Origin: a virus
Virus record (IMG/VR): IMGVR_UViG_3300042275_000783
Coordinates: 1-25,396 of that record
Length of the DNA stretch: 25,396 nt
Reading direction: 5' to 3' (one strand)
Below, piece after piece: positions 9,194 through 16,384 of this stretch. Within the stretch, counting starts at the first letter, position 1; each line of letters begins with the position of its first letter. Position numbers and translations under genes: made by a program. Below the pieces are notes generated by a model that was not told the DNA's origin, searched no databases, and was given only the letters and a program-made list of their open reading frames with translations.

Positions 9194-10674
9194 CAGAAAC
9201 AACGACAATTAATGAAAATATTGCATTAAATGAAACTCTTTCAACTTCTACTCTTTCTTCTTTTGCAGAAGGCTTAACTTTAAATGAAAGCTTTTCCGGA
9301 TTTTTAAAAAAGCCTTCTTTGTTAATAAATAAACCTGTTTTTACATTTACAATAAATAATGTCCAAATTGGTATAATTGATTTTTCATTACGTAAAAGCT
9401 CAAGCGGGGAGACAGATTTAACAGTTACAACTTATGATACAGTAACAGAGGACAACATTTTAAAAGAAGTAGAATTACAGATAACTGATATTGTAAATAA
9501 TATTACAAAAACGATTTTTAAAGGAGTTTGTGTAAGTATAATTACAAATCTTCCAGACAAAAAAACAAAGATAACTTGCAAAGGTGTGGAGTACTACTTA
9601 CAAAATGATTTGTTCATTACAGATGTAAATGGGACAATAACTGGGGTTTTTGAATTTACAAAGGAGAGAGCAGATAATGTTGCAAAGGCAATTCTGGATG
9701 GAACAGGGTTTACATTAGTAGAATGCCCAACGGATTATATAAGTGTGAAATTTGATTATGAAAACAGATGGAAAGCCTTGCAGTTAATAGCTGATATTAC
9801 AAATAAAAATGTATGGGTTGATGTAAACAAAGGAGTACACATTGGAAATATTTCTGGATACGCTGAAATAGCAGATGTGAAAGAAAAGGAGCTTTCAAAG
9901 ACTGGCGATGAAACATATAATAAAATAATTGTTGTTGGGAGTAATGATGGGTTTGGAAATGTACCAATAGCCATTGCAGAGGATACCGGCTTAATATCCC
10001 AACAAGGAGTTAAAGCAAAGAAAATAAGCATTCCTCAAATTAGGGATAAAGATACTGCTTTACTTCTTGCAAAAGCCTATCTTGATGTATATAAGAATGT
10101 TAATTATGTTTTAACTCTAAAACTCCCAGCAAAATTTGAATACTACCTCTTAAACCCAAATAATGTTGTTAAAGTTGATGCAGTTGAATATATAATCTCA
10201 TCAATTTCATGCTCAAAAGATGATATAACAATTGAAGCATCACCATATAAACAATTATTAAGCTTAACAAAGTATCTTGAAAGGCAAAGGGATATTGCAA
10301 ATGCCACTTTATCAAAATCAACTTTTTATAATGAAAGTCCTACTTATTTAACTGCATATGAGCATCTTGATTTGGATATATTATATTATGGTGGATCAAC
10401 AGCAAAAACAATTACTGCAAATGACAATAACACTTACACAATTTTAAGCGTAATGCACTTTTACGTACCTTCCGAATTCACAATAAAGGATGGAGAACTG
10501 AGAATAAGATGGTATGGAGAAGGTTCACCTCCTGCTTTTAAGGTAGTGGTCAATGGAGATGTTTATGACCTAACTAATGAAGGGACAACTGCAGATGGAG
10601 ATATAATTTATTATGTGAGCATTAACGCATCTTCATTAAAAAATGGATGGAATAATATTTATTTTGTTCAATGA
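9187..10674 (+). CDS. Tail tip / baseplate hub-like protein
   Basis: Directly after the tape measure; beta-rich; YNKIIVVG...AIAED...GVKAKKI pattern typical of hub/Tal proteins. Confidence 0.65.
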   Translation: MVTETTTINENIALNETLSTSTLSSFAEGLTLNESFSGFLKKPSLLINKPVFTFTINNVQIGIIDFSLRKSSSGETDLTVTTYDTVTEDNILKEVELQITDIVNNITKTIFKGVCVSIITNLPDKKTKITCKGVEYYLQNDLFITDVNGTITGVFEFTKERADNVAKAILDGTGFTLVECPTDYISVKFDYENRWKALQLIADITNKNVWVDVNKGVHIGNISGYAEIADVKEKELSKTGDETYNKIIVVGSNDGFGNVPIAIAEDTGLISQQGVKAKKISIPQIRDKDTALLLAKAYLDVYKNVNYVLTLKLPAKFEYYLLNPNNVVKVDAVEYIISSISCSKDDITIEASPYKQLLSLTKYLERQRDIANATLSKSTFYNESPTYLTAYEHLDLDILYYGGSTAKTITANDNNTYTILSVMHFYVPSEFTIKDGELRIRWYGEGSPPAFKVVVNGDVYDLTNEGTTADGDIIYYVSINASSLKNGWNNIYFVQ

Positions 10675-10684
10675 GGTGAGTAGG

Positions 10685-11935
10685 ATGGTTAATAAAATTT
10701 TGGCTGAATTGATTATAAGAGGTTACTTAAACGCAAATCCAAAAGAAGACAGTATAATAAGTACAATTGGGGTTTCCACAGGTAGAAACCATTATTTAAC
10801 TCATTTAAACCCATTTAATACGGCTTTTCATGAATTCGCTAAGTGGACGGGAGAGTATACTCCCGTGCCGATTCCGGCTTATGTTATAAGCCAAGACGGG
10901 TATTATTATGGTGTTTCAAATATTTCAGACCCGGTTATCAAAAAATATGATGAGAACCTTAACGAACTTTGGAGCGTTAGTTATAACGGTGGTAGTACCG
11001 TAGAATTGGATATCCCAGACCCAAAGTTAGTTATGGATTCAAAAGGACGTTATTTAATTGTTCCATTGCAAGATTACGGCACTACACCCATAAAAACCGG
11101 GATTATAGTTATAGATGCCCAAACGGGAGAAATTATTTATTATCCCGAATTCATTGTTAATTCTTCAGATTTGCATATTAACGTAAGCCCGGACGACAAA
11201 AAAGTGATAATGCCTGATAAATTAGGGATAGTTGAATTTAGTTTAGAAACTTTTCAACTAACTACCCACCCACTCCCCGCGGGGTATTCCCAAATAACCG
11301 GGTTTTATAGGAATACGCCCGTATTTGACGATAAAGGTAGGATTTACTTTTATTTAAATAAAGACGGTGCTTTAAGCGTTGCCCAATTCGATAAAGATTT
11401 AACGCTTATTGATTACGTTACGTTACCAAAAAAGATATACGACACCGTCCCGTTAGTTTTCGATAACGAAAATAACCGAATTATAGCGTTTAATAATGAA
11501 ACGATAACCGACATCCCAACACTAATTTTTATTGACCCAGAAACTATGAGCGTTACCGATGTGTTTCAAGACCCGCTAGGAGCTAACCCCCAAATTTATG
11601 GGGAATGGGTAGTAGGGTATGATATAAACATCGCTTTAGACCGGGCTAATAACCGGATAATATTGCCTTACGCCCATCAATCTTTAAGCGGGTTCCATAT
11701 TCGTTATTTTGATTTAAATACGAATTCTTTTGGGACTATCTATATTTCAAATTATGATACAACTAAATATTATAGCGTTGATAAGGTATTCGTTTTAAGC
11801 GACGGGTCAATATTGTTTGGGATGTGGGGAATAGACCAAAACGGCAACATGCTTTATGATTTAAACACTACGGGTACAAAACTTTTAATTAAAGATGATT
11901 TAGGGGTGGTAATATCTCAATTAGTCGTAGAGTAG
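10685..11935 (+). CDS. Putative receptor-binding protein, beta-propeller-like
   Basis: Last large tail gene. Repeated blade-like units (ELWSVSY, GRYLIVP, GRIYFY, NNRIILP). SD GAGGTGA precedes ATG 10685. Confidence 0.55.
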   Translation: MVNKILAELIIRGYLNANPKEDSIISTIGVSTGRNHYLTHLNPFNTAFHEFAKWTGEYTPVPIPAYVISQDGYYYGVSNISDPVIKKYDENLNELWSVSYNGGSTVELDIPDPKLVMDSKGRYLIVPLQDYGTTPIKTGIIVIDAQTGEIIYYPEFIVNSSDLHINVSPDDKKVIMPDKLGIVEFSLETFQLTTHPLPAGYSQITGFYRNTPVFDDKGRIYFYLNKDGALSVAQFDKDLTLIDYVTLPKKIYDTVPLVFDNENNRIIAFNNETITDIPTLIFIDPETMSVTDVFQDPLGANPQIYGEWVVGYDINIALDRANNRIILPYAHQSLSGFHIRYFDLNTNSFGTIYISNYDTTKYYSVDKVFVLSDGSILFGMWGIDQNGNMLYDLNTTGTKLLIKDDLGVVISQLVVE

Positions 11936-12000
11936 AATTAACAAAAAAATGGAAAATTAGGCTTATTTTTTGGATTTTTGCCGGGGTAATTATCATTTTT

Positions 12001-12195
12001 TTGTTAAAAAATTACGGCTTAATTTGGGCTTTAATTTGGCTTTTATTTGCAATTTTGGTAGACGAAGTTATAAAAGAAGGCTATTTATTTAAGCCGGCGG
12101 ACTTGGGGCGGTTAACCCATGAAACAATAGCCGCCGTTATTGCTTTTATTATTTCAATTATCTGGGTGATAAGAAAAAGGGGGTTAAAGCGATGA
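12001..12195 (+). CDS. Small two-TM membrane protein (holin-like)
   Basis: Two hydrophobic helices and a basic C-terminus, at the end of the late operon. Confidence 0.5.
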   Translation: MLKNYGLIWALIWLLFAILVDEVIKEGYLFKPADLGRLTHETIAAVIAFIISIIWVIRKRGLKR

Positions 12196-12386
12196 AAAGG
12201 GTTAATGTTGATGATGTGGACGCCGCCATAGCTGGGATAACCTTAATAGCCATAATTTACACCATTTTGACAAAAGGGGCGGATGAGTCCGTTATAATCT
12301 ACGCTATGGGACTAATAGCGGCTTTAGCTAGGGGAAAAATCCGGGGCGGGGGGCGGGGGCGCCCGACTAAAATCACAAAGAGTTAA
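12192..12386 (+). CDS. Small two-TM membrane protein (holin-like) with a basic RGGGRGRP tail
   Basis: Two hydrophobic segments; start overlaps the previous stop. Confidence 0.5.
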   Translation: MKRVNVDDVDAAIAGITLIAIIYTILTKGADESVIIYAMGLIAALARGKIRGGGRGRPTKITKS

Positions 12387-12454
12387 AATAATGTTCGCGT
12401 TTTTGACCATAGCGAAAACAAAACACAACCCAGAAAGGAAAGTCCCAAATTTTT

Positions 12455-12850
12455 TTAATGTTTCTCAATGTTCATTAATGTTTTAACGTATTCTTTTGCC
12501 CCCTCTTCTCGAGGTCCAACGCTCTTACCAACTTCATTTTTACATTCAAACAGGGAATACACGAGTATTCTGTTTGACACTCTGGGGTCTGCCGAGAGAA
12601 GCTTGTACTCAAGCTCCTCCGACACGTCGAGAGCTTTCTCGGAGTCCACAAACTTCGCTATTATTACGATATGGGGGTTGATACCATCCTCCGGTGTTCC
12701 AGTAGTTATTTTTATCTCTTTAACTTCCTCCCGCTCCAACCATTGTGGAAGAGTTTCCCGAAGGTATCTTATTATCTCTCCCTTATAGGGTAAAGGAGTT
12801 TCAATGAGTGACTTAAAGTCTACTTTAAGCTTTTCTTTCTCCACCTTCAT
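12455..12850 (-). CDS. Hypothetical protein, weak nucleotidyltransferase-like alpha/beta pattern
   Basis: SD before ATG 12850. VKEIKITTGTPEDGINPHIVII resembles the MNT strand order but lacks the GS and DxD motifs. Confidence 0.45.
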   Translation of the reverse strand: MKVEKEKLKVDFKSLIETPLPYKGEIIRYLRETLPQWLEREEVKEIKITTGTPEDGINPHIVIIAKFVDSEKALDVSEELEYKLLSADPRVSNRILVYSLFECKNEVGKSVGPREEGAKEYVKTLMNIEKH

Positions 12851-13050
12851 CCTCCATCCCTCCATATTTTTTCCAATGCATTGTATGCACTTTCAAGCAT
12901 GTTGACGATCTCTTCAGTGTAATCCGCTATTGTCTCCCTGTCTACATTGGTATACCTTAGACCTGCAACAACCTTGTCAAGTCTCGCTATAGAACTTTCT
13001 ATCACTGACCTTGCGTAATCTATCTCCAATTCTCTATCTTTTTCCTCCAT
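12847..13050 (-). CDS. Small helical hypothetical protein
   Basis: SD GGAGGG before ATG 13050; amphipathic helices. Confidence 0.5.
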   Translation of the reverse strand: MEEKDRELEIDYARSVIESSIARLDKVVAGLRYTNVDRETIADYTEEIVNMLESAYNALEKIWRDGG

Positions 13051-13109
13051 CTTACACCCTCCATCTACCACCTTCCTCACCTCCTTAAGGTCTTGATATC
13101 CTCCAGTTT

Positions 13110-13544
13110 TCACCCCTCTATCGAGCCATTAAACACAATATACCCTTTGAACTTAAACCTGCTTTTCTTAACTACTGAACCATCACTCTCAATATGCTCT
13201 ACCACTTCCCTCTCTGTATGGCTGAAAACTGGCGTTGCGTAAAAGTACGGCCAAATCTCTGGAAAAATCCACATCAGCGCTGGAGAACCGACTGGCAAAT
13301 GTACATATGCATGAACTTTTTTCTGTTTGGCAAAATCAATAAGCTTTTCTACGATATTATATGCAAGCATTCCTAATTCGTCGATAGTATCTGGGCACTG
13401 TCTAACCTGACTAACAATATCTTCTGGCAAAACATCTTCTGCATTGTAAAACTCTTCAACTCCAAGCCTCTTTTTCGCTTCCTCCATTTGCTCATTCGTC
13501 AATCTATGGGACGTCAAGTTTACGAATACCTTCCTCATCTCCAT
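13110..13544 (-). CDS. csx20: Csx20-like stand-alone CARF-type ring nuclease homologue (candidate anti-type III CRISPR)
   Basis: N-terminal VFVNLTSHRLTNEQMEEAKKRLGVEEFY and C-terminal PVFSHTEREVVEHIESDGSVVKKSRFKFKGY match my recollection of the Csx20/Csx15/Csx16 pattern (SHxLTxEQ...TxRxxxE...F). Recognised by eye only. Confidence 0.65.
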   Translation of the reverse strand: MEMRKVFVNLTSHRLTNEQMEEAKKRLGVEEFYNAEDVLPEDIVSQVRQCPDTIDELGMLAYNIVEKLIDFAKQKKVHAYVHLPVGSPALMWIFPEIWPYFYATPVFSHTEREVVEHIESDGSVVKKSRFKFKGYIVFNGSIEG

Positions 13545-13568
13545 TCACCTCCATAGTTTTGTCAATAG

Positions 13569-13601
13569 ATATTATGTTTCTAATGTTTATAAACTTTTCG
13601 G
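13569..13601 (-). promoter_or_regulatory. Early promoter P1 (BRE CCGAAAAG + TATA TTTATAAA), 33-bp repeat copy A
   Basis: Minus strand ccgaaaagtttataaacattagaaacataatat, 31/33 identical to 14268-14300. Confidence 0.8.
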
Positions 13602-13615
13602 TTCATCAACACCCC

Positions 13616-14035
13616 CTAATCATCTGTTATTCCCAAATATTCTTTTGCCTCCTCTTCTGTGTTAGCAACCTGCATTGCCCTCTCAATAGCCTCATCCTCA
13701 TCCAACTCATCAACGTCATAACTCACATAATCAACATCGTAAAATTTACTGCCAGTATTGACAATAAACCTGCAATTAGGAATATCCGTATACCAGACAA
13801 CGCCTTTCGCTCCCCTCTCCATCAGCTTATTCAAAACAAACTCTTCAAACTCATAATCCTTCTCACCTAACTGTGCACCAACATTCCCACCAGCAAACTT
13901 CTGCCATGCCTCATCTAATACAGAATAAATATCATCAACATCTAATACACTAAATCCTAACTGTTCCATCTTTATTTCTGCCTGCCCTGCACCATTCCTA
14001 ACCTTCTTTACTTCAAAATACTCCGCCATCTCCAT
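13616..14035 (-). CDS. Highly acidic hypothetical protein (Acr/DNA-mimic candidate)
   Basis: About 33 D+E versus about 13 K+R in 139 aa; SD GGAGGTGA. Confidence 0.55.
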   Translation of the reverse strand: MEMAEYFEVKKVRNGAGQAEIKMEQLGFSVLDVDDIYSVLDEAWQKFAGGNVGAQLGEKDYEFEEFVLNKLMERGAKGVVWYTDIPNCRFIVNTGSKFYDVDYVSYDVDELDEDEAIERAMQVANTEEEAKEYLGITDD

Positions 14036-14042
14036 TCACCTC

Positions 14043-14240
14043 CTACAGATATACTCTCTCTACGTTGGGTGGGAATTGTGTACTTAGAAAGTCTTCAAGG
14101 GAATCAAATGCAAGTTCCTTATCCCCGTTGACTATGAGGATGTATAAGTCTGTCTCATCGTCATAATATAGGTCAAAGATTTGCCCTAACCAGTCAACAA
14201 CCCTGTATCCTCCGGAGAGTGCAACTATTGCGATCTTCAT
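14043..14240 (-). CDS. Small acidic beta-rich hypothetical protein
   Basis: First gene after promoter P2; SD GGAGGTG before ATG 14240. Confidence 0.55.
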   Translation of the reverse strand: MKIAIVALSGGYRVVDWLGQIFDLYYDDETDLYILIVNGDKELAFDSLEDFLSTQFPPNVERVYL

Positions 14241-14267
14241 CTCCAACACCTCCTTCTTCTTTAATAT

Positions 14268-14300
14268 ATATTATGTTCCTAATGTTTATAAGCTTTTCGG
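14268..14300 (-). promoter_or_regulatory. Early promoter P2 (BRE CCGAAAAG + TATA CTTATAAA), 33-bp repeat copy B
   Basis: Minus strand ccgaaaagcttataaacattaggaacataatat. Confidence 0.8.
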
Positions 14301-14327
14301 TCCACCGGGATATTACTTTTTCTTTTT

Positions 14328-14361
<34 letters not shown>

Positions 14362-14548
14362 TTAGGTTATCTTTAGGACCAAAGTACTTGAGTGTAGTTT
14401 TGTGAGGAAATTCTCTGAAGATTTTTACAAAGTTTGGAGATACATTTGAGTGAGTCATTAATCCAAATCTTAATCGAGGAAATTCAAAAAATACTCCCTT
14501 TAAGATTTCGAGACTTCCTGGTCGATCTACTACAAAAAAAGGAATCAT
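14362..14548 (-). pseudogene. 5' fragment of a tRNA-guanine-transglycosylase (TGT/DpdA)-like gene truncated at the IS end
   Basis: MIPFFVVDRPGSLEILKG...FGLMTHSNVSPNF resembles the N-terminus of a TGT-like family I recall beside C5 methyltransferases. The ORF runs into the IS hairpin and stops at 14327. Confidence 0.4.
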
Positions 14549-14554
14549 GTTATT

Positions 14555-14767
14555 TCACCTTCCCTCCACGCACTCGCTACTTCTTTCGCTTCTACCTTTC
14601 CTTGCAACTTTAATTGCCCTATCGTATTGGTAAAGGGCTTCATCAACTAATGCTTCAACATCATCATACCTAAAACGCCTTAAGCCTTCCTTTGCCCTTA
14701 ACAAGCATCTCTGCAACTTTCCTAACCTCTCAAAAAACTCTTTGTCCAATATAACATAATTAGTCAT
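14555..14767 (-). CDS. Small helical protein, paralogue of 20643-20867
   Basis: Ungapped alignment with about 15 identities over 52 aa. Confidence 0.55.
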   Translation of the reverse strand: MTNYVILDKEFFERLGKLQRCLLRAKEGLRRFRYDDVEALVDEALYQYDRAIKVARKGRSERSSECVEGR

Positions 14768-15003
14768 GCCTCTACATCCTCCTTAATCATCTCTGCATCT
14801 GCTGCATCAATCAATGCTTCAAGCCCTTGCTCATAACCCAAAACAAAAGCCCTTACCTCATACAAACTCCTTGCAACTAAAAGCAGCTTACTGTCTAAGT
14901 CCTTGATCTTGTAGATATATCTTGCGTCTCCTGTCCTTTGCCTTTCAAGGAAAAACCCATATTGCTGCAATTCTTTTTGTAATAATTTAAAAGTTAGGCT
15001 CAT
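14764..15003 (-). CDS. Hypothetical protein
   Basis: Overlapping start/stop junctions with neighbours (translational coupling). Confidence 0.55.
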   Translation of the reverse strand: MSLTFKLLQKELQQYGFFLERQRTGDARYIYKIKDLDSKLLLVARSLYEVRAFVLGYEQGLEALIDAADAEMIKEDVEA

Positions 15004-15238
15004 AGTACAATCCCTCCTTTAAAAATCGTTGATAAACTTTTGCTGCTGTTACAGCAACATTTCTTGCCTTTTTTGTTCCATGCATCCAATAATAACTCCT
15101 TGCTGCTTCAGGTGTTATCTCCTCTGCTTGTATGCCCATCTCCTTTTCAAGCTGCTTCAATTTTCTCATGATCTGGTTTATTGTTGATGTTCTGTAGTTC
15201 AATGATAAATATAAGTAAAAATAGCCTTCATGCTTCAT
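14987..15238 (-). CDS. Stand-alone tyrosine-recombinase core-binding (SAM-like) domain protein
   Basis: YFYLYLSLNYRTSTINQIMRKLK...EEITPEAARSYY...RNVAVTAAKVYQRFL follows the integrase N-terminal helical pattern; there is no catalytic domain. Confidence 0.55.
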   Translation of the reverse strand: MKHEGYFYLYLSLNYRTSTINQIMRKLKQLEKEMGIQAEEITPEAARSYYWMHGTKKARNVAVTAAKVYQRFLKEGLYYEPNF

Positions 15239-15465
15239 ATTACCCAGACCTCCATGCCAACAATTACACCATCAACAAGCCTTATTTTTCCAATTAGCTT
15301 CCCAGTTGTTAGGTCATGCCACAAAATAAAACTGCCGTTCTGCAAGTCGTAAGTGACCACTCTTACAGGACAGCCAACAAAAATAGTTGTAAATGGTGTC
15401 TCTTTGTTTACTGCTTCATTAACCAACTCTTCAACAGCATTCAACAAAGATGTTTTAACCTCCAT
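15235..15465 (-). CDS. Hypothetical protein (likely start ATG 15465)
   Basis: SD GGAGGTCTGGGG precedes MEVKTSLL; the longer ORF-track version runs through the CRISPR repeat. Confidence 0.55.
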   Translation of the reverse strand: MEVKTSLLNAVEELVNEAVNKETPFTTIFVGCPVRVVTYDLQNGSFILWHDLTTGKLIGKIRLVDGVIVGMEVWVI

Positions 15466-15512
15466 CTTCCCCAGACCTCCAATTTTTTTACCTGTCGTCA
15501 TTGGGACAGGCG

Positions 15513-15542
15513 ACCTCAATTCTTTCAAAGTCTTATTGGAAC
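15513..15542 (-). CRISPR. Solitary CRISPR repeat unit (not an array), Thermococcales type, 3' end altered
   Basis: GTTCCAATAAGACTTTGAAAGAATTGAGGT versus the P. furiosus repeat GTTCCAATAAGACTAAAATAGAATTGAAAG: nt 1-14 and 20-27 identical. Intergenic; no second repeat seen. Confidence 0.8.
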
Positions 15543-15562
15543 ATTGAAAAAAATGAAAAGGA

Positions 15563-16081
15563 TTACTCAAGCTTGTTAAGAACTTCCTTCAATGTTTGAA
15601 TTAATTCCTCTTTCTTCTTTTCTTTTGCAAGTGTAATTGCTTGTTTTAGTTCTTCAATTACTTCATCCATCTCATCTTTGTCATTGCTAAAATACTGATT
15701 TACTATTTTTGCAATTTCTGTTACCGCATTTGCCATTTCTGCTTGAGTGTCATAATAATCACTAAACAACTCTTCAATATTGCCTTCTTCATCAATTTTG
15801 TATAAGATTATACCTGTCCTTGGGTGTTTTGATGAACCCCATGCAGCTGTTGCAACAATAAATGCTGGTACTTCAATAACAGCATCAATGTATGCTGGGT
15901 CTCCTCTTACCTTCAAAAATCTACCTGTGAATGCATAGCCATTTAATTTTGATGTATCAACTTTGTCTTCAAGCAATTTTGCCCATACCTTTTTCCTTGT
16001 CTTCATGGGTCTCCCAAGTGAAACATCTCCCTTCCCTATTGCCACTTTACCATCTTCAAGAATTACTACCATTTTCACCAT
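15563..16081 (-). CDS. Hypothetical viral protein (KVWAK...DTSKLNGYAFTGRFL motif) with C-terminal coiled coil
   Basis: Likely start ATG 16081 (MVKMVV), coupled to the upstream small ORF. Confidence 0.65.
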   Translation of the reverse strand: MVKMVVILEDGKVAIGKGDVSLGRPMKTRKKVWAKLLEDKVDTSKLNGYAFTGRFLKVRGDPAYIDAVIEVPAFIVATAAWGSSKHPRTGIILYKIDEEGNIEELFSDYYDTQAEMANAVTEIAKIVNQYFSNDKDEMDEVIEELKQAITLAKEKKKEELIQTLKEVLNKLE

Positions 16082-16218
16082 CTCCTTTTCTCCCATTTTT
16101 CCTCTTCTTCCTTCATCATCCTTGCAAATTCAGCCAACTCAAAATCCCCAGCTCTTCTCCCAAGCTCTTCAAGTTGCCTCCAATCTTCCACCGTTCTTCT
16201 TTCGTTTCCAAACATCAT
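16075..16218 (-). CDS. 47-aa charged helical protein (not in the ORF track)
   Basis: MMFGNERRTVEDWRQLEELGRRAGDFELAEFARMMKEEEEKWEKRRW; first ORF after promoter P3, with an SD-like GGGGGTCTGGG. Confidence 0.55.
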   Translation of the reverse strand: MMFGNERRTVEDWRQLEELGRRAGDFELAEFARMMKEEEEKWEKRRW

Positions 16219-16242
16219 TTTCCCAGACCCCCGCTTAAGTTC

Positions 16243-16373
16243 TTCAATACTATATACACCTTTGGACTATATAAACTTTTCGGTGTTTTTAAAGCAAAGT
16301 TTTAGAGGTATTTAAATAACAATAGTGGAAAAGTTTGAGGTTGTTCTACAAATTATCAAGTCTTCTTAATTAC
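16243..16373 (-). repeat. 131-bp direct repeat copy 1, containing early promoter P3
   Basis: Near-identical to 19336-19463 (one short indel region and two substitutions); contains ccgaaaagtttatatag on the minus strand. Confidence 0.95.
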
Positions 16374-16384
16374 AAAGAAATCAA

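Noticed and set aside
12331-12359. G-run cluster that could form a G-quadruplex
   Set aside because: Fully explained by codons for the RGKIRGGGRGR tail; no independent support.
12455-13050. HEPN-MNT toxin-antitoxin pair
   Set aside because: The MNT-like ORF lacks GS and DxD, and the helical ORF has no RxxxxH motif.
15235-15570. 111-aa ORF as given in the track
   Set aside because: Its first 35 codons run through a terminator-like tract, the CRISPR repeat and the hairpin; the SD points to ATG 15465.
15466-15600. Possible mini CRISPR array around the repeat at 15513-15542
   Set aside because: No second repeat 30-45 nt up- or downstream, so it is reported as a solitary unit.
16299-16333. GTTTTAGAGGTAT...GTGGAAAAG inside the 131-bp repeats looks like a CRISPR repeat (Cas9-like start, Thermococcales/Thermotoga-like pieces)
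   Set aside because: Only short, scattered matches; the two copies are 3 kb apart and better explained as part of a duplicated promoter region.
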